This document shows, piece by piece, positions 27,111 to 36,516 of a stretch of 58,846 bases of DNA. Within the stretch, counting starts at the first letter, position 1. Each line of letters starts with the position of its first letter. The notes below the pieces were generated by a model. The model searched no databases, was not told where the DNA came from, and saw only the letters and a list, made by a program, of their open reading frames with translations. The DNA lies in the IMG/VR virus record IMGVR_UViG_3300035670_000241, positions 1 to 58,846 of that record; one strand, 5' to 3'. This DNA comes from a virus (taxonomy: Duplodnaviria > Caudoviricetes). The position numbers were made by a program, and so were the translations under genes.

Positions 27111-28121
27111 TTAGTTAGTTGCTTGTGTTGATTGCTGAGCCAGATTGGCGCGGCGGGTGTTGTATGCCTTCACCAGCTCGACGTAATCAGCGGAATTTGC
27201 CGGGAACTTGGCTTGCACCTGAGCTTTCCATTCAGCCAAATGCTTGGGTTCAGAGCAGTCCAGCAGCATGGCTTCGTACTTCTGCGCTTCTGCAGACAGT
27301 GCAGGTTCGTCGTCGATGATCAAGGCGTCATCGTCAGCAGTAACCGGTTCGGCGCTGGCTTCGATTGGTGCTGATTGATTGGCGGCTGAGCGGGCTTTGA
27401 GCGAACTGGCCAAGCCGCTGGTGCGCTGCTGTGGCTGTGCTGCAGCAGATGATTCAGGTGCCGGATTGATGTCGCGTGGTTCTGGGTCGCGCTCTTCAAG
27501 TTCGTCACGGGTGTAAACACCAAGAATTACGTCTGGCGCGAACAGCCGTGCCCAGCGTTTTTGTGCCAGATAGGCCAGCTGCTGCTTTGGATCGTCTGCC
27601 CACAACGTACTATTGCGGGTGCGAGCCTGCGCCAACAACAGGGTCAATATACGTGGCTGATCTTCACCTCTTAGCGTCGCCCAGACTTTAACGCCGCAAC
27701 CATCTTCATCGGCAAGCTTCCAGCCTGGCACACGGTATTCGCCTTTATCACCTTGCTTAACATTGAATTTCCCAACGATTCGTTCCCAAGGGCCAAACCA
27801 CTCAAAGTGGAAGCGGTCAACCACAACACCGCTACTGTTGATGACTGCAGCAACCAGCTGAGCTTCGTAGCCAAGAACATTGTTAATTAAGTGAGTTTTC
27901 TGAGCTACAGCAAACGGGAACATACCCCACTGCATAGCCTGCATGGTTACAGCCATGCAATCTGCTACATTCCCCTGTAAATGCCGAGGCACTGTTGCGG
28001 TACCACTCGCCATTACTTCGGCGAACTTGTAAACCTCTTGCATAACCTGCGGGTTCATCAACATCAGGCCCGCATTTGGGCGCTCTTGAAAGGTCATCGG
28101 TGCATTTGCTACTGCGTACAT
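27111..28121 (-). CDS. recT: RecT-family single-strand annealing protein
   Basis: VPRHLQG..DCMAV..FAVAQKTH..GYEAQL..PDVILGVY. Confidence 0.85.
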   Translation of the reverse strand: MYAVANAPMTFQERPNAGLMLMNPQVMQEVYKFAEVMASGTATVPRHLQGNVADCMAVTMQAMQWGMFPFAVAQKTHLINNVLGYEAQLVAAVINSSGVVVDRFHFEWFGPWERIVGKFNVKQGDKGEYRVPGWKLADEDGCGVKVWATLRGEDQPRILTLLLAQARTRNSTLWADDPKQQLAYLAQKRWARLFAPDVILGVYTRDELEERDPEPRDINPAPESSAAAQPQQRTSGLASSLKARSAANQSAPIEASAEPVTADDDALIIDDEPALSAEAQKYEAMLLDCSEPKHLAEWKAQVQAKFPANSADYVELVKAYNTRRANLAQQSTQATN

Positions 28122-28145
28122 AGTGCTTCTCCAGTAATTAAAAAA

Positions 28146-29066
28146 TCAGGCCCAGCGTGGGCGGTTCAGTGTGCGAACGTGCAGCCAGTCATCGGCCTGG
28201 CGGCATGCTGCGTATGCTTGTAAGTCGCGGCGATACAGGTCGTGACCTTCTTGTTTCCAATCTTCCGGCAGGCGAACAACGTCGATGCCATAGCGGCCGG
28301 CGCTGATAGAGCTGCTGACAATCAGGAACAAGAAATCAGGGGTTTCACCGAAGTGGTTCCGGTAGCCATCGGTGTACATGGCGTCCTGTACGTGGTAGCG
28401 GAAATCAGCCACATGGCGGTCAAAGCGGTCTAAGCCATCAACATTTTTCACATCAACAATCACCGGGCCAAGCTCAGGAATGATTGGCATGCGGTCAGGG
28501 CGAATGCGGCACAGCTCGTTGGTTTGCGCGTCGTTCCAGTAGATGCTGGCTTCGTTGTGGCCGTCAGCCTCGAAAATCAGGCGCGCTACCGGATGAGCCA
28601 TCACGCTGTCTTTCATGATCCGCAGTTTTGCTGCATCTTCAGCAGTCAGCGGCGTCATGCCATCGGCATAGGCTTGAGCCAGAAACTCTGCTTCAGCTTC
28701 GCGGCCGGCAGTTGTGCGGCGGTTGAATTCAGGCGCAACCAAAAAGCGCTTTTCAAACTCAGTTGGTTCCAGCAGTGCGCAGTGCAGCGCGCTACCTAAA
28801 TCCAGAGCCTGCAGCGCTAGGTAATCAACCGGTGCTTTCTTGTGCCAGATGTAGGCAGATGGGTTTACCGCGATCAGGTCTAAACCTGATTTGCTCACGC
28901 CTGGGCCTGAGTGGTAGGCCTCGTTGCTCATGGCGTAGTAGATACCGGTGCCGTCAAATTCATCGCTATCAGCTGGCAACGATTGCTCCAGCACATCATC
29001 AACAAAAATCAGTTCTTCTTCGTCTACAAAGGTCACTCCGCCGAATTGATCCAGAGGTGGCGTCAT
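28146..29066 (-). CDS. recE: RecE/exonuclease VIII-like PD-(D/E)XK nuclease (DUF3799)
   Basis: YHSGPGVSKSGLD, GSALHCALLEP, RIRPD, DVK, YHVQDAMY. Confidence 0.85.
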   Translation of the reverse strand: MTPPLDQFGGVTFVDEEELIFVDDVLEQSLPADSDEFDGTGIYYAMSNEAYHSGPGVSKSGLDLIAVNPSAYIWHKKAPVDYLALQALDLGSALHCALLEPTEFEKRFLVAPEFNRRTTAGREAEAEFLAQAYADGMTPLTAEDAAKLRIMKDSVMAHPVARLIFEADGHNEASIYWNDAQTNELCRIRPDRMPIIPELGPVIVDVKNVDGLDRFDRHVADFRYHVQDAMYTDGYRNHFGETPDFLFLIVSSSISAGRYGIDVVRLPEDWKQEGHDLYRRDLQAYAACRQADDWLHVRTLNRPRWA

Positions 29067-29068
29067 GG

Positions 29069-29338
29069 TTATGCGCTCCGGCTTAACAGTTGAACGGCAT
29101 GAGCTACAGAGCTGGCGCGCTTCACGTTGCGCTTTTTCCAGCTGTTTAACTCAGCAATGGTGATGTCGTGCTGGTCGCGGAATTGCAGCGCATCAGCGGT
29201 CAGCGCTGACACTTCTGCATCGCGCTCGGCGTTGCGTTGCATGCGGTTTTGATGCTGCGTGTCCTCGATGGCGTGCAGCAGCTTTTCGTAGTGGGCCAGC
29301 AGCGCCTGGCGCTCTAAGGTGAAAGTGAATTCGCTCAT
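29069..29338 (-). CDS. Hypothetical protein
   Basis: Operon position. Confidence 0.55.
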   Translation of the reverse strand: MSEFTFTLERQALLAHYEKLLHAIEDTQHQNRMQRNAERDAEVSALTADALQFRDQHDITIAELNSWKKRNVKRASSVAHAVQLLSRSA

Positions 29339-29670
29339 TGGGCACCACCAACTACAGTGCTGATGCTGACTTTGTGCAGGCTTACAACGTTATCCGCGGT
29401 AACGCGGCGGATAGTCACGCTGCTCATGTTGTGGTCGACACGCAGTACCAGGCCAAAACCCAACTCACCGGCGCGGTACATGTATTCGGCCTGAAACTCA
29501 GGTGATGGCAGAGCAGTGCATAAGTGTTTCAGCAATTCAGCTGCACGCACCTGTACGCGCTCTGACTCGCTAACTCTTGCGCCGGCCACTAATGCAGCCA
29601 TCCGCAAGTTGGCCAGCAGCCGGAACTCTGGAAGGTGTTTTGCCCGGGTTGGGGTTTTGATATGCAGCAT
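29335..29670 (-). CDS. Hypothetical protein, first gene of the leftward early operon
   Basis: AAGGA RBS; downstream of PL-like promoter. Confidence 0.55.
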   Translation of the reverse strand: MLHIKTPTRAKHLPEFRLLANLRMAALVAGARVSESERVQVRAAELLKHLCTALPSPEFQAEYMYRAGELGFGLVLRVDHNMSSVTIRRVTADNVVSLHKVSISTVVGGAQ

Positions 29671-29704
29671 TTCCTTTCACTCCAGTTCATTTGTGTTTAG
29701 AGTG

Positions 29705-29757
29705 AGTTTAGACAAATGAACTTTGTAGTCAATAGGAAATGTTCAAATAAATGAACT
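29705..29757 (-). promoter_or_regulatory. PL-like promoter with two operators
   Basis: Minus strand TTGACT-16-TAAACT; palindromes AGTTTA-N6-TGAACT (29705-29722) and TGTTCA-N6-TGAACT (29740-29757). Confidence 0.7.
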
Positions 29758-29841
29758 TTTTTTGTTTAGTTGAGTTTAGTCTTTATTTGGATGTTGTGGT
29801 GGTTGCGACGAATGGTCTAAATTTCGGGACGGGCGTGCCTG

Positions 29842-30561
29842 TCACAGATCTCCCCATTCATCCTCTGCTTCCCGCTCAAGTTTGAGCATGGCTGCGCTAA
29901 CTTTTTCATTAATGCTGCGCGCCATTGCATCAAACTTTTTGAACTTATCTGAATTTTCGATCTTGGATTTATGCACTTGCTGGGTGAGGTAGGGGCCGCC
30001 AAATAAAATAATAACAAGAAGTAGATCGCTTGACGCCAACGATGGCAAGCCTGATAAAGCTCCAGTTATAAAAATCCAAGCATAGAAATGGAACAGGTAA
30101 GGGACATCAAGCATCTGCTCTTTCTGTTTCTTTAGTTTGTCCAGTTCGATTTTCTGCCAATCAACTAAAGGCTGAATTTCCCGCTTTATAAAATTTTCTC
30201 GTATGTGTTTGCGCTCTTGCCGATCGCGCTCTTCCTCGATATCTGCGGCGTGATTATGAACAGTGATGGGTTCTGAAATGCTTTCTATTGCTTTAACAGC
30301 ATCCCAGACAGAACATCTGAAGAATTCTCTATTCGGGTTCACCCTTTGCTGTCTCAGTAATTTATGAGCTGCAAATTCTACAGATTGCGGGTTGTTAACT
30401 AACGCCGAGTATTGAACTATAAAAGGAGTTGGCGTACCGGTTTGATACAACTCTGAAGAGCGAATAGCGGGGTCTTTAGTTGAATGTCCGATTTTTACCA
30501 AGCCTGGCATCGAATCATTAGTTAATACGTAAACCCAGCCATCCATGGATTGTGATCTCAA
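29842..30561 (-). CDS. GIY-YIG (T5orf172-like) domain protein with C-terminal TM segments
   Basis: GWVYVLTN..PGLVKIG..R..EL..TG.PTPF..E..H..REFF; overlaps cI stop. Confidence 0.75.
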   Translation of the reverse strand: MRSQSMDGWVYVLTNDSMPGLVKIGHSTKDPAIRSSELYQTGTPTPFIVQYSALVNNPQSVEFAAHKLLRQQRVNPNREFFRCSVWDAVKAIESISEPITVHNHAADIEEERDRQERKHIRENFIKREIQPLVDWQKIELDKLKKQKEQMLDVPYLFHFYAWIFITGALSGLPSLASSDLLLVIILFGGPYLTQQVHKSKIENSDKFKKFDAMARSINEKVSAAMLKLEREAEDEWGDL

Positions 30562-31229
30562 AAGTCTAGTATCACCTGCTTAACGACACCTATAATCGTG
30601 CAGTTTCCATTGATAGGCATCATCGGGTAGTTGTGGTTGAATGGCTTTAAATACTTCTGGCCGCCGTCAATAACCAGCTGCTTTAGTGTGGCTTCTGCAT
30701 TGTCATCCAGGCGAGCGACGACGACTTTGCCATGCTCTGCTGTCAGGTCAGGATCAACAATAACCACTGAGCCTTCTGGGATTGATTTACCGCCAGTGTA
30801 ACTAGTCATGCTGTCGCCCATGACGCGAAGAGCGAAAGCTCGGTCGCCAACATTGGCTGTATGTGAGTAATACTGCGTTGGTTCTGCTAATTGTGATGAG
30901 TCCATCTCTAACCAGTTTCCTGCCTGGATCCATGATATGAGCGGCACACGGCCTCTGATATCTGGACCGAGTTGCAGCTCAACTGCTTTATCCGGATCGC
31001 CCTTCCCTTGCATCAACCACGTGTGATTGCAACGCAGCTGCTGCGCAAGTAATGAGGCGTTCTTCCCTGATGGCATGGCAATTCCGTTCACCCATTGCGA
31101 CACAGTACCTTTGGAGATCCCAAGGCGTGTAGCAATATCCACCGCTTTAATTCCTTGAGCGAGCATACGCTCTTTCAATCTTGTTGAGAATGACATCCGT
31201 TCGGTCTCGGAGTTTAGATTTGTGTACAT
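30558..31229 (-). CDS. cI: CI-like repressor (HTH + S24 peptidase)
   Basis: HTH LGISKGTVSQW; VPLISWIQAG, GDSM, TLKQL; start at 31229 or 31196. Confidence 0.92.
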   Translation of the reverse strand: MYTNLNSETERMSFSTRLKERMLAQGIKAVDIATRLGISKGTVSQWVNGIAMPSGKNASLLAQQLRCNHTWLMQGKGDPDKAVELQLGPDIRGRVPLISWIQAGNWLEMDSSQLAEPTQYYSHTANVGDRAFALRVMGDSMTSYTGGKSIPEGSVVIVDPDLTAEHGKVVVARLDDNAEATLKQLVIDGGQKYLKPFNHNYPMMPINGNCTIIGVVKQVILDF

Positions 31230-31285
31230 AATAAGCGCCAATCGGTTTTGTGTTGTTGACAGCTTGAAGTTCATAAGACTAAACT
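31211..31285 (+). promoter_or_regulatory. PR-like promoter and operators
   Basis: TTGACA-18-TAAACT; operator AGTTCA-N6-TAAACT (31268-31285), weaker copy at 31211-31228. Confidence 0.7.
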
Positions 31286-31310
31286 TTCTGCACTAAAACT
31301 GGAGGAAGTT

Positions 31311-31502
31311 ATGAAAACAAGCGATGTCGTCGCCTTTTACGGCAGCAAAACTGCTGTGGCTGATGCGCTGCACGTGCATAAAAGCGCTGTGAGTAATTGG
31401 GGTGATGTAGTCCCAAGAGGTCGTGCTTTTGAACTTGAGAAGCTAACCAAGGGCAAGCTGAAGGTTGATTTATCACTTTACTCTAAACAAAGGGCTGCAT
31501 AG
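31311..31502 (+). CDS. cro: Cro-like repressor
   Basis: Small HTH divergent from cI; AVSNWGDVVP..RAFELE. Confidence 0.85.
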   Translation: MKTSDVVAFYGSKTAVADALHVHKSAVSNWGDVVPRGRAFELEKLTKGKLKVDLSLYSKQRAA

Positions 31503-31504
31503 TT

Positions 31505-32023
31505 ATGAGCTCTAATCTAATGCAGTTCTCAAAAGCAAACCTGCGAAATCCCGTGGGTGTTCTTACGTGTCCGGTCGCAGCAGCTGCAACGTTCACGAAC
31601 GACTACAACATTACTCAGCTTACTGAGCAGATTGGATGTCGCAGTAACAAAACACTGCTGGCCAAGCTGAACAACGATTCTGACTTCCATCATCTAACTC
31701 TGGAAGAGGCCCGCCGCATCACCGCTGTAACAGGTGATTTGCGCATATTGAAAGCGTGGGCTTGCGGTCTTGATCACCAGCTAATTCCCGCCGTTCCTGT
31801 CGCCCCTTCGGATGAAGAGTTTTCCGACCAGTTGCTTTTGATGGCTCAGCGCATCGGCACATTTTCAGCGTCAATGCTGGAAGCTAGGGCTGATGGAGTG
31901 ATCACAAAAGCCGATTTGGCTGAAATCAAACGCCACGCCGCCAAAGCTATCGAATCAATTATGCAGCTTGAGCTGGAATGCGAAGCCCAGGTCAGGGATT
32001 GGGGGACTGATACGGATGTCTGA
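31505..32023 (+). CDS. CII-like phage regulatory protein
   Basis: KLN..HHLTL.EA..IT and ADGVIT motifs; follows cro. Confidence 0.7.
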   Translation: MSSNLMQFSKANLRNPVGVLTCPVAAAATFTNDYNITQLTEQIGCRSNKTLLAKLNNDSDFHHLTLEEARRITAVTGDLRILKAWACGLDHQLIPAVPVAPSDEEFSDQLLLMAQRIGTFSASMLEARADGVITKADLAEIKRHAAKAIESIMQLELECEAQVRDWGTDTDV

Positions 32024-32216
32024 TTTCTTCGACCAAGCATCAGCACTCGAACAGCACGCGCTGGAAGTCGCGCTGACACACCGAAAGCCAACCCTGAAAG
32101 ACACTGGCCACTGCCATTGGTGCCAAGACCCGGTGCAGCCTGGTGCGCATTTTTGCGACTCGGATTGCAGGGATGACTTTGAGCAATACCGCCGCAAAAC
32201 GAACGGGGGATTCTGA
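32016..32216 (+). CDS. TraR/DksA-like C4 zinc-finger protein
   Basis: D..DQA..E; CHWC..FCDSDC. Confidence 0.65.
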   Translation: MSDFFDQASALEQHALEVALTHRKPTLKDTGHCHWCQDPVQPGAHFCDSDCRDDFEQYRRKTNGGF

Positions 32217-32554
32217 TGAGCCGCTACGTAAGAGTTCCAGGCTACGTGCGCTTCAAGCCAAAGGGGCGACTGCTGATTATCACCGCAGCGAAATTGCCAG
32301 TCAGGTTTCATTATCCAGATCGGAAAACCTATATCCCGCGGGCATATAAAACGACGCACGCTGACATGCGAGCAGGACTGTTTTCATCGACAACTTGGAG
32401 CTTTCACTGGTTCAACAGAGTTTTCTCAGTTGAGTTGCAAACAACAGCTTCATTCTGGGACGGCTCACAGCTTTCCCATCCGTTTAATGGGAAGGAAGCC
32501 TTGTTCGTTTGGTTCGGGCGGTTCCAAGCCATTATCAAGACACGCTTGGAGTAG
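32216..32554 (+). CDS. Hypothetical protein (uncertain)
   Basis: Coupled start, but the 3' end overlaps an antisense ORF. Confidence 0.3.
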   Translation: MSRYVRVPGYVRFKPKGRLLIITAAKLPVRFHYPDRKTYIPRAYKTTHADMRAGLFSSTTWSFHWFNRVFSVELQTTASFWDGSQLSHPFNGKEALFVWFGRFQAIIKTRLE

Positions 32555-32716
32555 CCAATGATGATCACACTTTCTGAACCCATCATGGTTTCCCTCGATA
32601 CAGGTATTGCAAAGCATCACGCCATAAATGGTGGATTTTTGCAGTTCATATCTGTGCGGGCCGAACTGAAACATTTGTTTGCAGCATGCGCACTTTTCCT
32701 TGATGACTTCGCTCAA
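32465..32716 (-). CDS. Small antisense zinc-finger protein
   Basis: CACC..FQFGPHRY..LCNTC..GNHDG; GAGGGA RBS upstream of TTG. Confidence 0.55.
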   Translation of the reverse strand: MSEVIKEKCACCKQMFQFGPHRYELQKSTIYGVMLCNTCIEGNHDGFRKCDHHWLLQACLDNGLEPPEPNEQGFLPIKRMGKL

Positions 32717-32831
32717 TTGAATCCCTCACGGTTAAGCAAACGACTAAATCCGTAGCTTAACGGTGCTTTAACGGTTAAACAACCGTTACCAAAAGTAAGC
32801 ATTATAAATCAATGCTTTAAGGTGTTATGAC

Positions 32832-33704
32832 ATGGCAAGAGCCCGCAACATCAAACCAGCATTCTTTCAAAATGAGGACTTGGCAGAGTTAGATTTTGCC
32901 ACGCGCCTCTGCTTTATCGGTCTTTGGACTGAGGCTGATAAGGATGGGAAGCTGGAAGATCGCCCTAAGCGACTAAAAATGACTTTGTTCCCAGGTGATA
33001 ACGTGGACATGGAGCAAATGCTTTGTGATCTGGCGCGTTATGGTTTTATCCGTCGATACCAAGTTGGTGAGCTGCGCTTAATCCGCATCACAAAATGGCA
33101 TCTTCACCAGTCGCCGCATCATACTGAAAAACAAAGCATTTTGCCTGACGAATCAGAGCAACCGTTATCTAACGGTGACTTAACGGTGAACTCACGCAAT
33201 CAGCACGGTGAAAATCCCCCTGATTCTCTGATTCCTGATTCATATATATCTCTCTCTAAAAACGCGCGGACAGATTTTCCAGATCCGCTCGACTTCGACG
33301 AGCACGACCAACCCGATAACTCCGGGCACCAATCCAGCCAATCCGATGCAGCTGACTCCTGCACTGGCGAACAACTTCGATTTACCGAACAGCACCTGCT
33401 GCTGGCTCGGACCACTGGCCTTGGAAGCGAATACTTAGACTCGGACATCCAAACCCGATTCGATTTGTTCCGTTGCTACAAGGCCAACGCAAACACCCTG
33501 AAAACACAATCCGAATGGCTCAGCAACTGGCGCACCTGGTGCCAGCGGGAGAAGGTCAACCATGCGAAACAACCAAACCGTGCAGCCGGTAACGGCAGAA
33601 GTTCTGCGCAGCCTCGCGGCGAATCCGGAACACAGCGAGCCATGCGACTTGCACAGGAAGCCGCCGAGCGACTTGCAGTTGGTCAGACTGGCGAAGGGCA
33701 CTGA
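32832..33704 (+). CDS. Replication initiator (O-like)
   Basis: MARARNIKPAFF..LWTEADKDG N-terminus; internal iterons. Confidence 0.8.
   Translation: MARARNIKPAFFQNEDLAELDFATRLCFIGLWTEADKDGKLEDRPKRLKMTLFPGDNVDMEQMLCDLARYGFIRRYQVGELRLIRITKWHLHQSPHHTEKQSILPDESEQPLSNGDLTVNSRNQHGENPPDSLIPDSYISLSKNARTDFPDPLDFDEHDQPDNSGHQSSQSDAADSCTGEQLRFTEQHLLLARTTGLGSEYLDSDIQTRFDLFRCYKANANTLKTQSEWLSNWRTWCQREKVNHAKQPNRAAGNGRSSAQPRGESGTQRAMRLAQEAAERLAVGQTGEGH
33160..33260. promoter_or_regulatory. Putative replication origin (TAACGGT iterons + AT-rich tract)
   Basis: AACCGTTA, TAACGGTG x2, CACGGTG, CTGATT x3, ATATATAT; the same motif is clustered at 32726-32788. Confidence 0.6.
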
Positions 33705-33711
33705 AAAACTC

Positions 33712-34314
33712 ATGGCGACTTTGCTGCCGGTGCTCACCACGTACCACCCGGTCTTTGCCAGCCAGTTCTGTCAGACCGACGAGCAAACGCAGGGTGTGAT
33801 TGCACAGTACGCCAAGCGGATGCTGGACGAGGGTATCGACGCGGCCGGATTTGAACGCGGCATCAGAGCGCTGGAAAAGCGTGCGGCCACTGAGCGCTTT
33901 GCACCGAACCCGAGCGAGTTTGCCGTCATGTGCAAAGCGGCACCGGCTGATTTGGGCATTCCGGACTTTTATCAGGTGCTGGCCGAAGTTGCCGCCGGCA
34001 AGCAGGCCGCTCGCTTTGGCGAAGGCTACGTGTTTTCCCATCCACTTTGCCGGGTTATCTGCAGCCGCAAGGGCGATTTGATTTACACGCTGACCAGCAT
34101 CGAGTTCGAAGATGCCATCCGCGGCGAATACGACCACTGGGTGAAGCGCCTGCAAGCCGGCGAGCAACTGCCAGAGCCACAGCTGACCATCGGACATGAC
34201 CAGCGGCCAGACATGCCGGCCGAACTAAGACTGGCGCCAAAGTCTGCAATGGCTCAGCGCGTCGAAGCTATGCGGGCCGAAGCAGCGAAGCGCAAAGGAA
34301 GTGATCTTGGGTAG
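33712..34314 (+). CDS. Replication protein P-like (helicase loader)
   Basis: F.PNPSEF..C..LGIP..F.HP..GEQLPEP motifs; true start may be further upstream. Confidence 0.65.
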   Translation: MATLLPVLTTYHPVFASQFCQTDEQTQGVIAQYAKRMLDEGIDAAGFERGIRALEKRAATERFAPNPSEFAVMCKAAPADLGIPDFYQVLAEVAAGKQAARFGEGYVFSHPLCRVICSRKGDLIYTLTSIEFEDAIRGEYDHWVKRLQAGEQLPEPQLTIGHDQRPDMPAELRLAPKSAMAQRVEAMRAEAAKRKGSDLG

Positions 34315-34558
34315 CAACTTAGCCCAGCTGCCATTGGAGCAGCGTCAGGCCATCGAGCAGGACAAGCGGCGATGGCAGGAGGCGAACCAGCTAACCAACA
34401 CGAAGCGGCCGGATGAAATCAGAGCGATGTTGGCGAAGATGCCAGACGGTGACGAAAAAGAGGATTTACGGCGCAGATTGAACGCCATCAGGTTAAACCA
34501 GCAGGAAAGAATCAAAAATAACGAGGCCAGCGCAAGCCACAGCAAGCGAACGGGGTAG
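34301..34558 (+). CDS. Hypothetical protein
   Basis: Operon position. Confidence 0.5.
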   Translation: MILGSNLAQLPLEQRQAIEQDKRRWQEANQLTNTKRPDEIRAMLAKMPDGDEKEDLRRRLNAIRLNQQERIKNNEASASHSKRTG

Positions 34559-34569
34559 AAGGAAGGGCG

Positions 34570-35613
34570 ATGGTGCGGGTTGGTGGTTTGAAACGATTAC
34601 AGGGCGATTTGGAGAGGGTGATGAATTTAATAAAACGTGTTCGGATTGATCAGATTGATAAGGCGATAAATACTCTTGACGGTAAGTGGCCGGGCTTGGG
34701 TAAGCACGACACATTAGGCCACGCTGCTGGCATTTACTTCTCCTTTGATGGCAGGTCTGCGCCGATCCCGCCTCTCTGCACCCGCGCCGAATTCGAAGCC
34801 CGCAAAGCCGAGCGGCAGAACAAGCCGAGCTGGAAGGATGCGCCTTGCTGGGCTGTAGATATCAGAGACAGATATGGCAAGCTTCATTACACCGACGGCA
34901 AGTACTACTGCCAAGAAGTTGATAATAGTGCGAGATGGTGTGCTTTTTATTCAGTGTCTGAATTCCCTGTTGTTTCTGTTCGTCCAGAGAAGGCTGATGC
35001 AGCGTTTAAGCGCTTAGTTGAAACTTGGCCGCTTACAGTGGCGTTTGGTATGAGCTTCCCGAAGGGTGAGTCGGCTGAATCTGCCGCGAGTGATACAGCT
35101 GTCACAGGCATGACTCGCAAAGAGTTCGCGGAACATGTCAGAAAGAGATTTGATGCCTGGGGTGACCAGGTTTGCGCGAAAATGTTTCCTGAAACCAAGC
35201 TGGGTTCCCCTGCAGATTGGTACGACTACGAAAGGCTAACCGCAACTCAATACCCAAACCGCGGCGTCACGGTTCAGGCTTTTTACGGGCCTAATGACGG
35301 CACTGGTCGGTGGATTAAATGTTTCGTCGTTGGTAACAGCGATAAGGGTGAGTTGGTCCTTCAGCATGTCGGCCTTGAGCAGTCCGTAAGCTACCTGTTT
35401 TGCGAGCATGAGCTGCATAAGATACGCCCACTAGACTGGGACCGTCTTTCATCAAAACCCGAACCAGATCTATCACCAGAACTCAGCTTCCACCTATCCA
35501 ACGCATTCAACGAACTGCAGGCCGGCGCTCGGCTGCTGCCTGAAGATGATGCGCGCAAGCAGGTTCTGGTCAGTCTGGCCAATGGCGTCAGTGTTATGCG
35601 GGAGGGTGTGTGA
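34570..35613 (+). CDS. Hypothetical mosaic protein
   Basis: 347-aa ORF with a PSWKDAP.WA motif. Confidence 0.55.
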   Translation: MVRVGGLKRLQGDLERVMNLIKRVRIDQIDKAINTLDGKWPGLGKHDTLGHAAGIYFSFDGRSAPIPPLCTRAEFEARKAERQNKPSWKDAPCWAVDIRDRYGKLHYTDGKYYCQEVDNSARWCAFYSVSEFPVVSVRPEKADAAFKRLVETWPLTVAFGMSFPKGESAESAASDTAVTGMTRKEFAEHVRKRFDAWGDQVCAKMFPETKLGSPADWYDYERLTATQYPNRGVTVQAFYGPNDGTGRWIKCFVVGNSDKGELVLQHVGLEQSVSYLFCEHELHKIRPLDWDRLSSKPEPDLSPELSFHLSNAFNELQAGARLLPEDDARKQVLVSLANGVSVMREGV

Positions 35614-35990
35614 TGGACCCAAGGATATTCACCTCCAGACCTGTGAACAAAACTGCTGCGTTAGTGGTTTCACAAGCTGGCTGTGAGCGCGAAGATTCAC
35701 CGCAAGCTGAACTTCAAGCGCTTCGCCTTGCCGCCAAAGACTTATTCGAAAAGCTTAATGCCATCAAGGATAAAACTCCTGAGCGCAAGGAAATGGCGCT
35801 CAGATACCACAAAATCCTTGAGCGTGTCAGTGAGCTGAAGAAGTCTATTGGCGTTGGTTATCGCGGCAACAAAGATGTGTCTGGGCATTTCATTGATATC
35901 TGCCGAAGTGAGTTAACCAAATACCAGTTCGACCGGATTATGAAACAGGCCATTGAGGCGGCTCATGGCAAGCAAGGCGGTGCAGCATGA
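35610..35990 (+). CDS. Hypothetical protein
   Basis: Coupled overlaps. Confidence 0.55.
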   Translation: MMDPRIFTSRPVNKTAALVVSQAGCEREDSPQAELQALRLAAKDLFEKLNAIKDKTPERKEMALRYHKILERVSELKKSIGVGYRGNKDVSGHFIDICRSELTKYQFDRIMKQAIEAAHGKQGGAA

Positions 35991-36106
35991 CAACCATCTG
36001 GTGGATTGCGGGCACTCTGGGCGGTTTCGTGCTGCTCTTGGCTCTGATGCTGGTCGTGATGGTTCGCATTGTGAGCAGGATGGCTGATGACGAGGTGCAG
36101 GAATGA
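35987..36106 (+). CDS. Small single-TM protein (39 aa, not in ORF track)
   Basis: MTTIWWIAGTLGGFVLLLALMLVVMVRIV...; ATGA overlaps at both ends. Confidence 0.55.
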   Translation: MTTIWWIAGTLGGFVLLLALMLVVMVRIVSRMADDEVQE

Positions 36107-36513
36107 TTTCACTAACCCTACCACTGCCACCAAGCATGAACAGCTACTGGCGCAGCGCGACAACCAAACCTAAACAGTTCGGACGCGGAATGCGCCTGGC
36201 GCAAAAGGCGATGTCACCAATCACGGTCTACATCAGCGAGAAGGGCCAGCAGTTCCGTACTGAGGTTATTGCTGCGGTGTTGCAAGCTCGGGCAAACAAA
36301 AAGCTCACTGGCCGGCTGCAGGTGGACTTGGTTATTCATCCGGCTGACCGGCGAGTGCAAGACATCGATAATCGCATCAAAGCAACGCTGGACGCACTGA
36401 CGCACGCCGGCGTCTACGCCGATGACTCGCAGATTGACCGGCTGATAGTTTGCCGCGGCGAAATCATCAAAGGTGGCCAGTGCCAGGTATTAATCACAGA
36501 GCTGCAGGGGTAA
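36103..36513 (+). CDS. rusA: RusA Holliday junction resolvase
   Basis: LPLPPSMN.YW; DIDNRIKATLDAL; DDSQI. Confidence 0.9.
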   Translation: MISLTLPLPPSMNSYWRSATTKPKQFGRGMRLAQKAMSPITVYISEKGQQFRTEVIAAVLQARANKKLTGRLQVDLVIHPADRRVQDIDNRIKATLDALTHAGVYADDSQIDRLIVCRGEIIKGGQCQVLITELQG

Positions 36514-36516
36514 CGC

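Noticed and set aside
31221-31230. TGTGTACATA integrase arm-like site near the cI start
   Set aside because: Single copy overlapping a putative operator and start codon; probably coincidental
32558-32755. Plus-strand 65-aa ORF
   Set aside because: Shadow of the better-supported minus-strand zinc-finger ORF
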